A stretch of DNA of 64,000 nt from Kiritimatiellia bacterium (GCA_040767085.1 JAXGPF010000008.1:96001-160000), one strand, 5' to 3'. Numbered from the stretch's first letter, positions 6,560 to 17,251 are shown. Made by a program: numbers and translations. Notes: generated from the sequence alone by a model not told the origin.

Positions 6560-9500
6560 TTAGTCTCCAACCTTGCCCGTTCCCCGCCCATAGATCAGGT
6601 TGTAAACCACCGGGATCACCAGCAAGGTGAAGATGGTGGAGACGAATAAGCCGAAGATGATGGACCAGGCCAGGCCGCTGAAAATCGGATCGAGGGTGAT
6701 CGGCCAGGCGCCCAGCAGCGTGGTGCCGGCGGTCAGGAAAATCGGGCGGAACCGCGTGGCGCCGGATTCCAGGATGGCCTCGCGCAACGAACGCCCCGCC
6801 GCCGTGTTGACGCGGATGAAGTCAATCAGGATGATGGCGTTGCGCTGGACGATGCCGCCCAGGGCGATCATGCCGATCATGGCGGTGGCGGTGAAAAACA
6901 CGGGAGTGTCGAAACCGCCCACCGGGCGGTTCACCAGCAGGTTCAACAGCCAGAAACCCGGCATGATGCCGATCAGCGTCAGCGGGATGGACATCATGAT
7001 GACCAGCGGCAGCAGGTAGGAGCTGGTTTCGTAAACCAGCAGGACGTAAATGGCCAGGAGCGCCACGGCGAAGGCGATGCCCAGGTCGCGGAAGACATCC
7101 ACCGTGATCTTCCATTCCCCTTCACCGGCCCAGTCCGCCCTGAGACCCGCCGGCAGCGGATTGGCTTTCAGCCATTGCTGCATGGCCAGCACTGCCTCCG
7201 CCGGGCCGCGGCCCGCCATCTCGGCCGTGACGTACACCACCCGCTCCTGGTTTTTATGCATGATGGACTTGTCCTCCACCTGCTCCTCGAACCGGCCCAG
7301 TTCGCCCAGTTGGACAAATTGGCCCTGGCGGCCCTTGATGGGCAGGGTGGCCAGCAGGGCGGTGTCGGAACGCTTGTCGCGGGGCAGCCGCAGCACGAGC
7401 GGCAGTTCGTTCTGTTCGGACGGGGTATGAACCGTGCCGACCATCTGGCCGTCCAGCGCCAGCCGCAGCACCTGGGCGGCGTCCGCCGCGGCGATGCCGC
7501 TGCGTCCGGCGAGATCGCGGTCAACATGGAAAAACCATTTCTGCTGGTTGGTTTCGACCGAGTCGTCCACTTCGACGACTCCCGGCTCCTGTCGCAACCG
7601 CGCGGCCACCTGGCGGGCGCCGGCGATCAATTCGTCGTATTGCTGGTGCGGCTGGCCGTAGATTTCCGCCACCACGGTCGCGAGCACCGGCGGGCCGGGC
7701 GGAGCCTCCACGAGCTTGACCTGCGCGCCATGCCGTTCAGCGATGGCGGCGATGTCATTGCGGATGCGCAGGATGATATCGTGGCTGGATTGCGCCCGGC
7801 GCTGGCGCGGCAGCAAGTTGACGCGGATATCCCCGAGGTTGGGCGCTTGGCGCAGGTAATAGTGCCGGACCAGTCCGTTGAAGTCCATCGGCGAAGGCGC
7901 GCCCAGGGTCGTGGTGAAGTCCACCACTTCCGGTACGCCGCGCAGGTAATCCTCTGCGTCGCGCGCCAGGGCGTCGGTCATTTCCAGCGGGGCGGATTCG
8001 GGCAGGTCCAGCACGAGCTGGAATTCGTTTTTATTGTCGAAGGGCAGCATTTTCAGGGGCACGCGGCCGGTGGCGGCCAGCAGCAGCGCGCCGGCGAACA
8101 GCGCGGCCATCACCGCCAGCAGCAGCCAGGCGGCCCGGCGCGAATCCACGAACGGGGCGGCCAGCCGGCTATAAACCGCGTAGGTGCGGGTGGTCCGCAC
8201 ATCGTAAGGCTTGGCATTGTCCGCCGGGGCGCGCAGCAGCTTGTTGGCCAGCCATGGCGCCAGGGCGAACGCCACCAGCATGGAACTGATCATCGTCAGC
8301 GGCACGTTGAGGGCCATCGGGCGCATGTAGGGGCCCATCATGCCGCTGATGAAAAACATCGGGATGAACGAGACGATGATCGCCAGCGTGGCCAGCACGA
8401 TGGGCGGCATCACTTCTTCCATGGCCAGTTGCACGGCCTCCTCGCGGCGGTGGCGTTTCATGGCGAAAAAGCGGTAAATGTTTTCCACGCTGACGATGGG
8501 GTTGTCCACCAGCAAGCCCAACGCCAGGATCAGCGCGAACAGCGTCACGCGGTTGATCGTGTAGCCGAACAGGAAGTTGCACAGGAGCGTCAGGGCGTAG
8601 GTGATCGGGATCGCCAGCCCGACGATCACGCCGACCCGCCAACTCATGGTCAGGGCGATCAGGGCGACGACGGTGAGCATCCCCAGGCCGAGGTTGAGCA
8701 CCAGGTCGTTGACTTTTTCGTTCGCGGTGGCGCCGTAGTCCCGCGTAATGCGGACGGCGACATTGTCCGGGATGGTCCGGCCCTGCAGCGCCCGCAGGGC
8801 GCGTTCCAGTTCCCGCGCCACTTGCACGGCATTGCTGCCCTTCTTCTTGGCCACGGCGATGCTCACCGCGGCCCGGGGCGCGGCGCCGTCCGGCGCCGCG
8901 AACGCCGGGTCGGCCGGCCCATGGTGGAAGCGGGTCAGGGTGCGCGGTTCCGCCGGGCCGTCGGCGATCCGCGCGACGTCCCGCAGGTAAACCGGGCGGC
9001 CGGCATGCAGCCCCACCATCAGGTTGGCGACTTCGCCGGCATCCCGCAGAAACGGCCCGGCCGCGACCGTCGCCACGGCGTTGCCCTGCTCGAACGAGCC
9101 GGCCTGGAGCTGCAGGTTGCCCGCCTGCAGCGCGCCGGCGATTTCGCGGGGGCAGAGGCCGTGCGCCGCGAGTTGTTCCGGATCGAGGTAGACGGTCAAC
9201 TGGCGTTTTTCGCCGCCGTGAATGGTGATGGCGGCGCTGTCGGGCACGTGCTGGAGTTTGCCGACGACTTCCTCGGCGATTCGGTAGAGCGCGTGGGTGT
9301 CGCAACTCCGGCTGTGCAGGGTGGCGGTCAGAATCGGCACGTCGTCAACTTCCACCGGCTTGACCACCCAGCCGGCGATGCCGGGGGTGGCTTTATCCAC
9401 ATTCTGGAAAATCTTGTTGTACAGCTTGATCAGGCTGGCTTCGCGGTCCTCGCCCACGTAAAACCGCACGGTCACCACCGCCATTCCCGGGCGCGAGGTG

Positions 9501-9766
9501 GAATAGACGTATTCCACGCCGTCAATCTGGTACAGCAGGCGTTCCAGGCGCGACGACACCATTTTTTCCACTTCCGCCGCCGATCCGCCCGGATACATCA
9601 CCAGCACGTCGGCCAGCGGGACGACGATTTGCGGCTCCTCTTCGCGGGGGGTCACCATCAGCGCGATGGCGCCGGCCAGCAGGCTGACCAGGATCAGCAG
9701 CACGGCGAAATTGCCGGTGAGGAAGGCCCGCACCAGCCCGCCCATTACAGAGTGTTTGCCGTCCAT
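6560..9766 (-). CDS. RND efflux permease (AcrB/AcrD/AcrF family)
   Basis: 1068 aa, PREEEPQI, two blocks of TM helices, GLLVDNPIVSVEN, RFRPIFLT. Confidence 0.95.
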   Translation of the reverse strand: MDGKHSVMGGLVRAFLTGNFAVLLILVSLLAGAIALMVTPREEEPQIVVPLADVLVMYPGGSAAEVEKMVSSRLERLLYQIDGVEYVYSTSRPGMAVVTVRFYVGEDREASLIKLYNKIFQNVDKATPGIAGWVVKPVEVDDVPILTATLHSRSCDTHALYRIAEEVVGKLQHVPDSAAITIHGGEKRQLTVYLDPEQLAAHGLCPREIAGALQAGNLQLQAGSFEQGNAVATVAAGPFLRDAGEVANLMVGLHAGRPVYLRDVARIADGPAEPRTLTRFHHGPADPAFAAPDGAAPRAAVSIAVAKKKGSNAVQVARELERALRALQGRTIPDNVAVRITRDYGATANEKVNDLVLNLGLGMLTVVALIALTMSWRVGVIVGLAIPITYALTLLCNFLFGYTINRVTLFALILALGLLVDNPIVSVENIYRFFAMKRHRREEAVQLAMEEVMPPIVLATLAIIVSFIPMFFISGMMGPYMRPMALNVPLTMISSMLVAFALAPWLANKLLRAPADNAKPYDVRTTRTYAVYSRLAAPFVDSRRAAWLLLAVMAALFAGALLLAATGRVPLKMLPFDNKNEFQLVLDLPESAPLEMTDALARDAEDYLRGVPEVVDFTTTLGAPSPMDFNGLVRHYYLRQAPNLGDIRVNLLPRQRRAQSSHDIILRIRNDIAAIAERHGAQVKLVEAPPGPPVLATVVAEIYGQPHQQYDELIAGARQVAARLRQEPGVVEVDDSVETNQQKWFFHVDRDLAGRSGIAAADAAQVLRLALDGQMVGTVHTPSEQNELPLVLRLPRDKRSDTALLATLPIKGRQGQFVQLGELGRFEEQVEDKSIMHKNQERVVYVTAEMAGRGPAEAVLAMQQWLKANPLPAGLRADWAGEGEWKITVDVFRDLGIAFAVALLAIYVLLVYETSSYLLPLVIMMSIPLTLIGIMPGFWLLNLLVNRPVGGFDTPVFFTATAMIGMIALGGIVQRNAIILIDFIRVNTAAGRSLREAILESGATRFRPIFLTAGTTLLGAWPITLDPIFSGLAWSIIFGLFVSTIFTLLVIPVVYNLIYGRGTGKVGD

Positions 9767-9769
9767 GGC

Positions 9770-10804
9770 TCAATCCTCCAGCACGGGTTGCGCGAGCACC
9801 TGTTCGCCGTCCGCCAGGCCGCTGAGAATCGCCACCTGTTCGCCGTAGCGCGGGCCGGTTTTCACCAGGCGGGTCAGGCGCCGCCCGTGTTCCAGCACCT
9901 GAACGAATTCCAACTGGCCGGAGCGGTAAACGGCGCCGGCCGGCAGGAGGATTTGGCGGCGTTCGTCCGCGTTGACCCACAGGCGGCCGAAGGTGCCGGG
10001 CAGGAGCGTCCCTGTATTATCTTCCAGATCCACGCGCACAAGCTGGGTGCGGCTCATCGGATCGATTTCCGCGACGATCTCCGCCACCCGGCCGGCGAAC
10101 TTGCGGGACGGCCGTTCGAGCGTCACTTCCACTTCCTGGCCAAGCTGCAGCTTTTCGATCAAACGCAGCGGCGCCGGCACTTCCAGGCGCATGCGGTGCG
10201 GATCGTAAATGGCCATCAGGAGCTGGCCCGGGCCGGTCAGGTCGCCGGCTTCCACGCGGCGGTCGGTGACGATGCCGGCGATGGGCGAGGTGATCTGGGC
10301 ATAGGAAAGCATGACGCGCATGCGCTCCATCTGGGCCTTGGCGGCGTTAAACATGGATTCCGCCGCGGTCAAAGCCTGCTCGGTGGCGGCCTGGGTTTCG
10401 AAAAGCTGACGCGCGCGTTTGTACTCGGCTTCCGCCTGCTTCAATTGCGCTTCCGCGGCGCCGGCCTGCTCGCGGATTTCGCGGTCGTCCAGCGTCAGCA
10501 GCAGGTGGCCGGCCGGCACGGCCTGGCCGGCGGAGACGAACATTTCGTTGACATGCGCCGGGATGCGGGCGCTGATGTTCACCCGGTTGGCCGAAGCCAC
10601 CGTGCCCACCAGGTCCAGGCGCACAGGCACGACTTCCGCGCGGGCGGCGATCACGGCGGCGTTGTCCGGCGCCGGTCGGCCCGGCAGCGGCCGCGCCGCG
10701 GGGGCATCGGCGCGGGGCAGGCATCCGGCGGCCAGCATGGCGGAGAGAAGGGCGGCGGCGGCGGCCTGGCGGCGCCGCAGGTTCAGCGGGTAATCAGCAT
10801 GCAT
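9770..10804 (-). CDS. RND periplasmic adaptor (MFP)
   Basis: Lipoyl-hairpin motifs (ITSPIAGIVTDRRVEAGD, LLPGTFGR, ILSGLADGE). Confidence 0.93.
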   Translation of the reverse strand: MHADYPLNLRRRQAAAAALLSAMLAAGCLPRADAPAARPLPGRPAPDNAAVIAARAEVVPVRLDLVGTVASANRVNISARIPAHVNEMFVSAGQAVPAGHLLLTLDDREIREQAGAAEAQLKQAEAEYKRARQLFETQAATEQALTAAESMFNAAKAQMERMRVMLSYAQITSPIAGIVTDRRVEAGDLTGPGQLLMAIYDPHRMRLEVPAPLRLIEKLQLGQEVEVTLERPSRKFAGRVAEIVAEIDPMSRTQLVRVDLEDNTGTLLPGTFGRLWVNADERRQILLPAGAVYRSGQLEFVQVLEHGRRLTRLVKTGPRYGEQVAILSGLADGEQVLAQPVLED

Positions 10805-10818
10805 TTGACACCTCTTGA

Positions 10819-12159
10819 TTAATCAGGTTTGTGCGCGGGCTGTGCATATTTTTCAGCCAGTGCGCCGCGGGCGCGCTCCAGGTTCGATTGCGCGATCAGC
10901 AGGTCGTATTGCGCCGCCACGCCGCGCGTCTGCAGGGCATGCAGTCCGACTTCGGCCGTCAGCAGTTCGGTGATATCGGCCGCACCTTGCTGGTAGCGCT
11001 CGCGCGTAATGCGCAGCGCCTCGCGGGCGTTTTCCACATTCTTGCGCATGACCTCAATCCGTTCCCGGGCTTCGGCCAGGCTCAGTTGCGCCTGGGTCAG
11101 GTCGAATTGCACCGCCAGGCGGGTTTTGCGCAGTTCCGCCCGGGCGCGGGCCAGTTCGGCGGAAGCCTGGCGGATGGCGTTGGGTCGGCGGAAGCCGTCG
11201 AAAATTTCCCACTCTGCCATGATGCCGGCCATGTAACTGTTTTCGTAATCACGCCAATCGTCGCTATCCCAGTCCAGCGAGCCGAAGGCGTTGAAGGCCG
11301 GGCTGAATTCCCGTCGGGCGCGCCGCCACTGGTGCTGGCTCAAGGTTACCTGTTCGGCAGCCAGGCGGAGTTCCGGTCGGTTTTCCGGGCCGGCCTGTGA
11401 AGCGTCGTCTAACGCTGCCGGTTCCGGTTCCGGCGGGGGCTGCAAGTCGTCCGCCCGGGCTATTTCCACGCCGATGGCGGTGTTGAGCGCCGCTACGGCC
11501 AAGCGGAGTCCGTTGCGGGCGCGGATTGCATCCTCGCGCGCCTCGGCCAGTTTGACATCCAGGTTCAGCACATCGGTTTTGACCGCCGAACCGGCCTGGA
11601 AGCGCTCGCGGGCCACCCGCTGGCTTTCCTCGAGCGATGCGACCATGGCCGTTTGAACGTCCACGAAGGCGCGTGCCTGGAGGGTGTTCAGGTAGGCGCG
11701 GGTGACCTGGTGCACCAACTCGTTGCGCGCCGCGTCCTGCCCGGATTGCGCCAGGCGCGTGCCGGACAGCGCCGCGCCGCGGGCGGATTCGCGCTGGCCG
11801 CCGTCAAACAAACGGTATTTGGCGGCAACGCTCCAGCGGATATTGTCCGTGTCGTCCGGATCGTTAGGGTCGAACTCCGGCGCCATCATGTTCAGTTGCC
11901 GCTGGTTGAGCGTCATCATGAAGGCTTGCGGGGGATTGTCGGTGCGCATGTACGTTCCGTTCAGGGAGAGCCAGGGGTAATAACCCGATTCCGCCTGGCG
12001 CAGCGCAGCCTGCGCGGCCGTGATGCGTTGCGCCGCCGCCGCCATGTCGGGGTTCTCGCTCAGCGCGGTTTGAATGCAATCTTCCAGGGTGATCGCCGGC
12101 GCGGCCGCTGCCAGGACCGCGCCGCAAGCGGTTATGATGTTTGCCAAGCGTTGACGCAT
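10819..12159 (-). CDS. TolC-family outer membrane protein
   Basis: Signal peptide, ITLEDCIQTALSENPD, repeated OEP helices; start chosen after a GGAG RBS. Confidence 0.92.
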   Translation of the reverse strand: MRQRLANIITACGAVLAAAAPAITLEDCIQTALSENPDMAAAAQRITAAQAALRQAESGYYPWLSLNGTYMRTDNPPQAFMMTLNQRQLNMMAPEFDPNDPDDTDNIRWSVAAKYRLFDGGQRESARGAALSGTRLAQSGQDAARNELVHQVTRAYLNTLQARAFVDVQTAMVASLEESQRVARERFQAGSAVKTDVLNLDVKLAEAREDAIRARNGLRLAVAALNTAIGVEIARADDLQPPPEPEPAALDDASQAGPENRPELRLAAEQVTLSQHQWRRARREFSPAFNAFGSLDWDSDDWRDYENSYMAGIMAEWEIFDGFRRPNAIRQASAELARARAELRKTRLAVQFDLTQAQLSLAEARERIEVMRKNVENAREALRITRERYQQGAADITELLTAEVGLHALQTRGVAAQYDLLIAQSNLERARGALAEKYAQPAHKPD

Positions 12160-12243
12160 ATACTTGTCTCCGTAATGATTATTATTATTCTGCCGAAAAG
12201 AGCGAAAAAAACAAGCAAATTCAGCCGGCCAGGGCTGGCCGGT

Positions 12244-12506
12244 CACGGCTGCGTCATTCTCGGCGGCTCGCTCCCGCGCCAGGCGGGACAAGCCGGAGGT
12301 TTACCCCGCTTTGAGCAGGGTCTCGCTCTTCAGCAGATTTCCCAGGTGGGGCGAGCTCTCCGAGTCCGGCTTTGCCGGACGGCTCCGTCGGAGACGTCGC
12401 CCTACCTCCAGCAGATTTCCCAGGTAGGGCGAGGTCTCCCTGCTTCGCTGAAGCTATACAGGGCAAGCCGTACCGAGCCGTCTGTTCTGAGAATAACGCA
12501 GCCCTG
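12244..12506 (+). mobile_element. MITE family A copy 1 (REP-containing)
   Basis: TIR CACGGCTGCGTCATTCTC ... GAGAATAACGCAGCCCTG; internal GTAGGGCGAGGTCTCC REP-like units; flanks GCTGGCCGGT / GCTGGCCCGC. Confidence 0.75.
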
Positions 12507-12551
12507 GCTGGCCCGCTCAGAGCGGAATGCCGCGGACGCCGAAAAAGGGGG

Positions 12552-13103
12552 TTACCGCGGGATAAACAGCTTCTGGCCCTGGCGCAGATGGTCGGGATCT
12601 TTCAGGTTGTTGGAGTCAATGATGGATTTCACGGAAACCTTATAGGCGCCGGCAATGGCGGAAAGCGTTTCGCCCGGCTGCACGGTATGCTCGTACCCCT
12701 CGCCGCCGCCGGCATTGCCGCTGGGGACGGCCGGGCGGCTGCCGGCGCGCATGACTTCGGCGATCCGCCAGGAGAGTTGATCCACAATCGCCTGGCGGTC
12801 GCGTTCGCGGGCGGCATCGAGGGCCGCCAGCCTCTGTTCCAGAGCGTCCAGCCGCGCTTGCGCGCCGCGCTGCTGGGCGCCGGCTTCGCCGGTGCTGGCG
12901 GACATCCCGTGCATGTCCTGCATCAGCCGCTGGTATTCCATTTCCAGCGTTTCCAGGCGGCCTTCCGTGCGGGCCAGCCGATCCTGGAGCAGCAGCAAAT
13001 CTTCGCGTTCGCGCACGCGCACGGCGGGATCTTCCGTGGTGAGGCAGCCGCCGCCCAGGGCGGCCAGCAGCAGGACGATCAATCCAATGTTAGTTTTTTT
13101 CAT
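12552..13103 (-). CDS. LysM-domain lipoprotein
   Basis: Lipobox-like LGGGC, coiled coil, C-terminal HTVQPGETLSAIA...LRQGQKLFIP. Confidence 0.9.
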   Translation of the reverse strand: MKKTNIGLIVLLLAALGGGCLTTEDPAVRVREREDLLLLQDRLARTEGRLETLEMEYQRLMQDMHGMSASTGEAGAQQRGAQARLDALEQRLAALDAARERDRQAIVDQLSWRIAEVMRAGSRPAVPSGNAGGGEGYEHTVQPGETLSAIAGAYKVSVKSIIDSNNLKDPDHLRQGQKLFIPR

Positions 13104-13106
13104 GTT

Positions 13107-14306
13107 TTACCTCGCGTGCGCGTCTTTCAGTGTCGTTTGCATGATATCAAAGGCCAATCCCTGCGCCCGGCCGTCATGGACGCATTCGTCGAACGGCTGT
13201 TCCGCATCGGTCAGTTGCGCCGGGCCGTCGCAGACCAGCAGGGGCACCGGTTCGATCGTGTGGCCGCGGACGGCGACGGGCGTGCGGTGGTCGGTGGCGA
13301 CCACCAGGCGGCAGGGTTGGCCGCCGGCCTGCAACAGGCGCCAGGCCGGCCCGACGATTTCCCGGTCGAAAGCTTCAATGGCGCGGGTTTTCAGTTTGAG
13401 GTCGCCCATGTGTCCGCATTCGTCCGGCGCTTCCACGTGCAGGAAGACGAAGTCCCGGCCGGCGTCCAGCAGGGCGCGCGCCGCTTCCAGTTTGCCGGCG
13501 TAATTGGTGTCCAGGAAGCCGGTGGCCCCGGGAATGTGCGGGGCGTCCAGCCCTGCCAGCCGCCCGATCCCGCGCACCAGGTCCACGGCGGAAATGACGC
13601 CGCCGGTCAACCCGTAGAGTTCACGGAAGGATGGGAGAACGGTCCGGCGCCCCTGGCCCCAGAGCCAGATCTGGGTGGCGGCGGATTTGCCCGCGCGCCG
13701 CCGCGCGGCATTGACGGGATGATTCTGGAGAATCGCGCGGGAGTCCTCCATCAGGCGGATAATCGCGGCCGCGCCGCCGCCCTGCGGCAGGTTGTATTCC
13801 ACGCGCTGGCCCAGGACGTCATGCGGCGGAATGGTGGTCGTCGTCACGGGCCCGTTGCGCCAGAGCAGCAGGTGGCGGTAGCCGGCGCCGGGATGGAAAC
13901 GCATTTCCGGCGTGCCCAGCGCCTGCTGAACAGCCGCCATGATTTCCGCGCCCTCGGGCGTGGTGATATGGCCGGCGGAGTGGTCGGTGATGATGCCGTC
14001 CTGGACGTTGACCAGGTTGCAGCGGAAAGCGACGTCCTCCGGCGCCAGTTCCAGGCCGGCGCCGGCGGCTTCGATCGGGGCCCGGCCCGTATAGTAGCGG
14101 CGCGGATCGAATCCCAGCATGCTTAAATTGGCCACGTCGCTGCCGGGCGACATGCCGTCGGGAATGGTCTGCACGAGCTGGACCTGCCCGGCGGCGGCCA
14201 GCCGGCGGATATGGGGGATGTCCGCCTGCTGCAGCGGGGTGCGTCCGTTGTATTCCGGGGCGGGGTAATCGCCCATGCCGTCGCCCAGCAAAACCATGAT
14301 TTTCAT
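13107..14306 (-). CDS. apgM: cofactor-independent phosphoglycerate mutase (ApgM-type)
   Basis: LGDGMGD, PGSDVAN, YTGRAPIEA, HVEAPDECGH, ATDHRTP. Confidence 0.88.
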   Translation of the reverse strand: MKIMVLLGDGMGDYPAPEYNGRTPLQQADIPHIRRLAAAGQVQLVQTIPDGMSPGSDVANLSMLGFDPRRYYTGRAPIEAAGAGLELAPEDVAFRCNLVNVQDGIITDHSAGHITTPEGAEIMAAVQQALGTPEMRFHPGAGYRHLLLWRNGPVTTTTIPPHDVLGQRVEYNLPQGGGAAAIIRLMEDSRAILQNHPVNAARRRAGKSAATQIWLWGQGRRTVLPSFRELYGLTGGVISAVDLVRGIGRLAGLDAPHIPGATGFLDTNYAGKLEAARALLDAGRDFVFLHVEAPDECGHMGDLKLKTRAIEAFDREIVGPAWRLLQAGGQPCRLVVATDHRTPVAVRGHTIEPVPLLVCDGPAQLTDAEQPFDECVHDGRAQGLAFDIMQTTLKDAHAR

Positions 14307-14384
14307 AAACCGCCTCGTTCGAGTGGAGGGTAAGCATAGCGGTTTGCCCTGCCGCGGTCAAACTTGTTTGGGATTGATTTTTTT

Positions 14385-14765
14385 GGGTGTCAGATAAATT
14401 AGATGGGGTAGTGCGGAAGCAGGGATGCGTAGCGAATTCCGTTCGAAAAGGACGGCGGCCATTTTGGGGCGTCTGTCCGCTGCGCGGACCCTGCGGGCGT
14501 GGTTGCAGGCGATGGCGCAATCAAGAGATTAGCGCCATCGCCTGCGCCCACGCATCCACCCCAAACTTGCCTTGTCTTTTCGAACCCCTCGACAGGCTCG
14601 GGGAGCGGAATTCGCAACGCGATGGCCCAATTTCGGCCAGGATGGTGTTGCCTGGCCGAAATTACCGGAATTTACATAATTGTATTTAACGGATTCATAA
14701 ATCACACTGAAATCAACCGTGGAATTAAAGTTTATTCAAATCACCAACAAATTTGTCGTATACCC
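14385..14765 (+). mobile_element. MITE family B copy 1 (~380 bp)
   Basis: TIR GGGTGTCAGATAAATT ... AATTTGTCGTATACCC; collinear with 16736-17117. Confidence 0.78.
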
Positions 14766-14961
14766 GATTTTCGCAGGCCCGAATTTTTTTATTGTGTTGC
14801 GGCGGCTGGTTATGCGATAATCCAAAACAATCGCAGTGGGTATGGCTGCCGCGGGGCGCCGCCGCGCAAAGGATTTAAGCGCGAAGGTTGCCTGTAATTT
14901 CTGCAATCGGGAGTCACCGGCCCGCGGGAATCGTCAATTCAACAACAACAAGGAGCTGATT

Positions 14962-15753
14962 ATGAAGCGGATGGCTTGGGTGATGGGCGCAATGGCAATG
15001 GCGGCGGCAGTTACCGCGTCCGAATCGGAATTCAGCCGGACGCTGTTCACCCGCGAGAATCGTTTGCCGGAATTAAACCGCTGGGAGTTGGGCCTGTTTT
15101 CGCAATACGTGCAATACGATGAATCCCTCGGCGTATCGGGCCTGGATTGGAAGCGCAAGGATTTCACTGTCGGCCCATACGCGCGGTACGGGTTGTATGA
15201 AAACCTCACCGCCTACGCCGCGGTGCCGTTCGGCCATGTGGACTCGGACCGGACCAAAGACACGCACACCGGCATCCGCGACATCACCCTGGGGATGGAA
15301 TTGCTTGCCTACGAATACACTTTCGGTTATCCCTATATCATCCCGTACGTCGAGGTGATCCTGCCCACCGGCGATGAAGACGACAAGCTGGGCAACGGCA
15401 AAACGGACGCGGTTTTCGGCGCCTCGGCGGGCACGACGGTGTACGATGTGTACAATTACATCCTGGACGCCCGCTACAACGTCAACCATAAAAACAGCGG
15501 CGATGAAGACGAAGACGGGATGTTCACGCTGGCGGCGGCTTTCATCTGGGATTTGAACGAACGCTTTGCGCTGATGGCGGAAGCCAAGGGCACCAGCGAG
15601 GATATCGCCGGCGAGAGCGGCATCCCCCTGTATTTCCGCGGCGGCATGAATTACAAGGTTTCCGACCAGTTGTCGCTGAGCTGGTTCGGCGGCGGCGCGG
15701 TTAATTCCGATGAAGACGGCATGGGCGCCATCAAAGTCGGCTACCTGTTCTGA
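14962..15753 (+). CDS. putative outer-membrane beta-barrel protein (transporter family)
   Basis: AGGAG RBS, signal peptide, alternating beta strands, LPTGDE..LGNG motif, C-terminal YLF. Confidence 0.75.
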   Translation: MKRMAWVMGAMAMAAAVTASESEFSRTLFTRENRLPELNRWELGLFSQYVQYDESLGVSGLDWKRKDFTVGPYARYGLYENLTAYAAVPFGHVDSDRTKDTHTGIRDITLGMELLAYEYTFGYPYIIPYVEVILPTGDEDDKLGNGKTDAVFGASAGTTVYDVYNYILDARYNVNHKNSGDEDEDGMFTLAAAFIWDLNERFALMAEAKGTSEDIAGESGIPLYFRGGMNYKVSDQLSLSWFGGGAVNSDEDGMGAIKVGYLF

Positions 15754-15795
15754 TCCGGCGCACGGCCGGCCGGCGCTTCGGCTGGCGGATGTTGC

Positions 15796-16713
15796 ATGTT
15801 GAATTCGCAGCGCAACGCGGTGTCGGACGGACGCCCGCCGGTTCCGGCGCGGCGCCGTATGACCGCCTGGCGCCGGCCGGCCATGTTGATCGTGCTTTTC
15901 TGGCTGGCGGCCATGTTCTGGCTGGTGCGCTTCGAAGCCTTCCCGGGCTGGTTTAACCGCGGCTATCATTCTTACCGCGATGTTTTCCGCGACGGCTTGT
16001 TTGTCTTGGATTCGTGGATGCGGGTTTCCCTGCACGGCGAGCCGGCGGGCTACACGCATACCTGGTTGGACAGCGACCCGGCCGCCGGCCGTCAATTGTT
16101 CCGCCTGCGCAATCAGACCGCCCTGTCCGTGCGCCTGCTGGGCCAGCCGCGCGCGATTAACGCCAACCTGAGCGCGACCGTGGACGATGCCGGGCGGTTG
16201 CAGGATTTTTACGCCGTGCTGCGCATGGATGAATGGCGCACCCGGGTGGAAGGCCGCGCCGCCGGGGCCGGCCGCTTCCGGGTGACCGTCCGCGCCGGCG
16301 CCGCCGTCCGGGAACTGGAGGTGGCGGCGCCGGATGACATCCAGTTGCATCTGCCCATGACGGAACTGCTGGTCGGCCGCCTGGCGCCGGGCCGCACTGC
16401 CGCGCTGCGGGTCTTCAACCCGCTGACCATGGCCGTGGATGAGGTGCGTGTGTCCGCGGTCGGCCGCGAGACGCTGCGCCTGGACGGGCGCGAGTATGCA
16501 ACGACCCTGGTCAAGACATCCTACCAGGGCCTAGAGATGCGCGCCTGGGTGGATGCCCAGGGGCGCACGCTGCGGCAGGAGACGCCGTTCGGATTGACCA
16601 TGGAAATCTGCGATCCGGCGGAGGCCGTTTTACCCGCCGGGACGGGGCCGGCCCTGGATTGGCTGGCGCCGCCGGGCACCTGGCCGATGCCCTCTCTTGA
16701 GCCCGCATCCTGA
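15796..16713 (+). CDS. hypothetical membrane-anchored protein (resembles the N-terminal region of transglutaminase-like proteins)
   Basis: N-terminal TM; FNPLTM and WVDAQGRTLRQETPFG motifs; start uncertain (15796 or 15859). Confidence 0.6.
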   Translation: MLNSQRNAVSDGRPPVPARRRMTAWRRPAMLIVLFWLAAMFWLVRFEAFPGWFNRGYHSYRDVFRDGLFVLDSWMRVSLHGEPAGYTHTWLDSDPAAGRQLFRLRNQTALSVRLLGQPRAINANLSATVDDAGRLQDFYAVLRMDEWRTRVEGRAAGAGRFRVTVRAGAAVRELEVAAPDDIQLHLPMTELLVGRLAPGRTAALRVFNPLTMAVDEVRVSAVGRETLRLDGREYATTLVKTSYQGLEMRAWVDAQGRTLRQETPFGLTMEICDPAEAVLPAGTGPALDWLAPPGTWPMPSLEPAS

Positions 16714-16735
16714 TTCTTTCCGCCGGCTGGTGTGC

Positions 16736-17117
16736 GGGCGTAAGACAAATTAGTTGTGGTAATACGGCAGCAGGGATGCGTAGCGAATTCCGTTCGAAAA
16801 GTACGGCGGCCATTTTGGGGCGTCTGTCCGCTGCGCGGACCCTGCGGGCGTGGTTGCAGGCGGTGGCGCAATCAAGAGATTAGCGCCATCACCTGCGCCC
16901 GCGCATCCACCCCAAACTTGCCTTGTCTTTTCGAACCCCTCGACAAACTCGGGGAGCGGAATTCGCAACGCGGTGGCCCAATTTCGGCCAGGATGGTGTC
17001 CCCTGGCCGAAATTATCGGATTTACATGGTTGTATCTATAGCGGACTCATAAATCACACTGAAACCCGCCGTGAAATTAAAGTTTATTCAAATCACCAAC
17101 AAATTTGTCTTACACCA
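16736..17117 (+). mobile_element. MITE family B copy 2
   Basis: TIR GGGCGTAAGACAAATT ... AATTTGTCTTACACCA; flanks CTGGTGTGC / TAGGTGTGC. Confidence 0.78.
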
Positions 17118-17251
17118 TAGGTGTGCGGGCGGCCGATCCGGCGCTTGACTTGCCGGCGTCCGGTGGTGTAATTATATGCTTGTTGACAGTCCAGGGCCGG
17201 CGGCGGCTGGCCCGTGGGCCTTGGAAGTAACAATCAAGCTGGCAGGGAACC

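Noticed and set aside
7175-10822. 1215-aa plus-strand ORF
   Set aside because: Antisense shadow of the RND/MFP genes, typical of high-GC coding DNA; no motifs.
12372-14126. 584-aa plus-strand ORF and similar long antisense ORFs (23461-25032, 54327-55838, 61626-63182)
   Set aside because: They overlap well-supported genes on the opposite strand.
14387-14897. Short ORFs within MITE-B copies
   Set aside because: Repeat-derived; starts and stops are not conserved between copies and there are no domain motifs.
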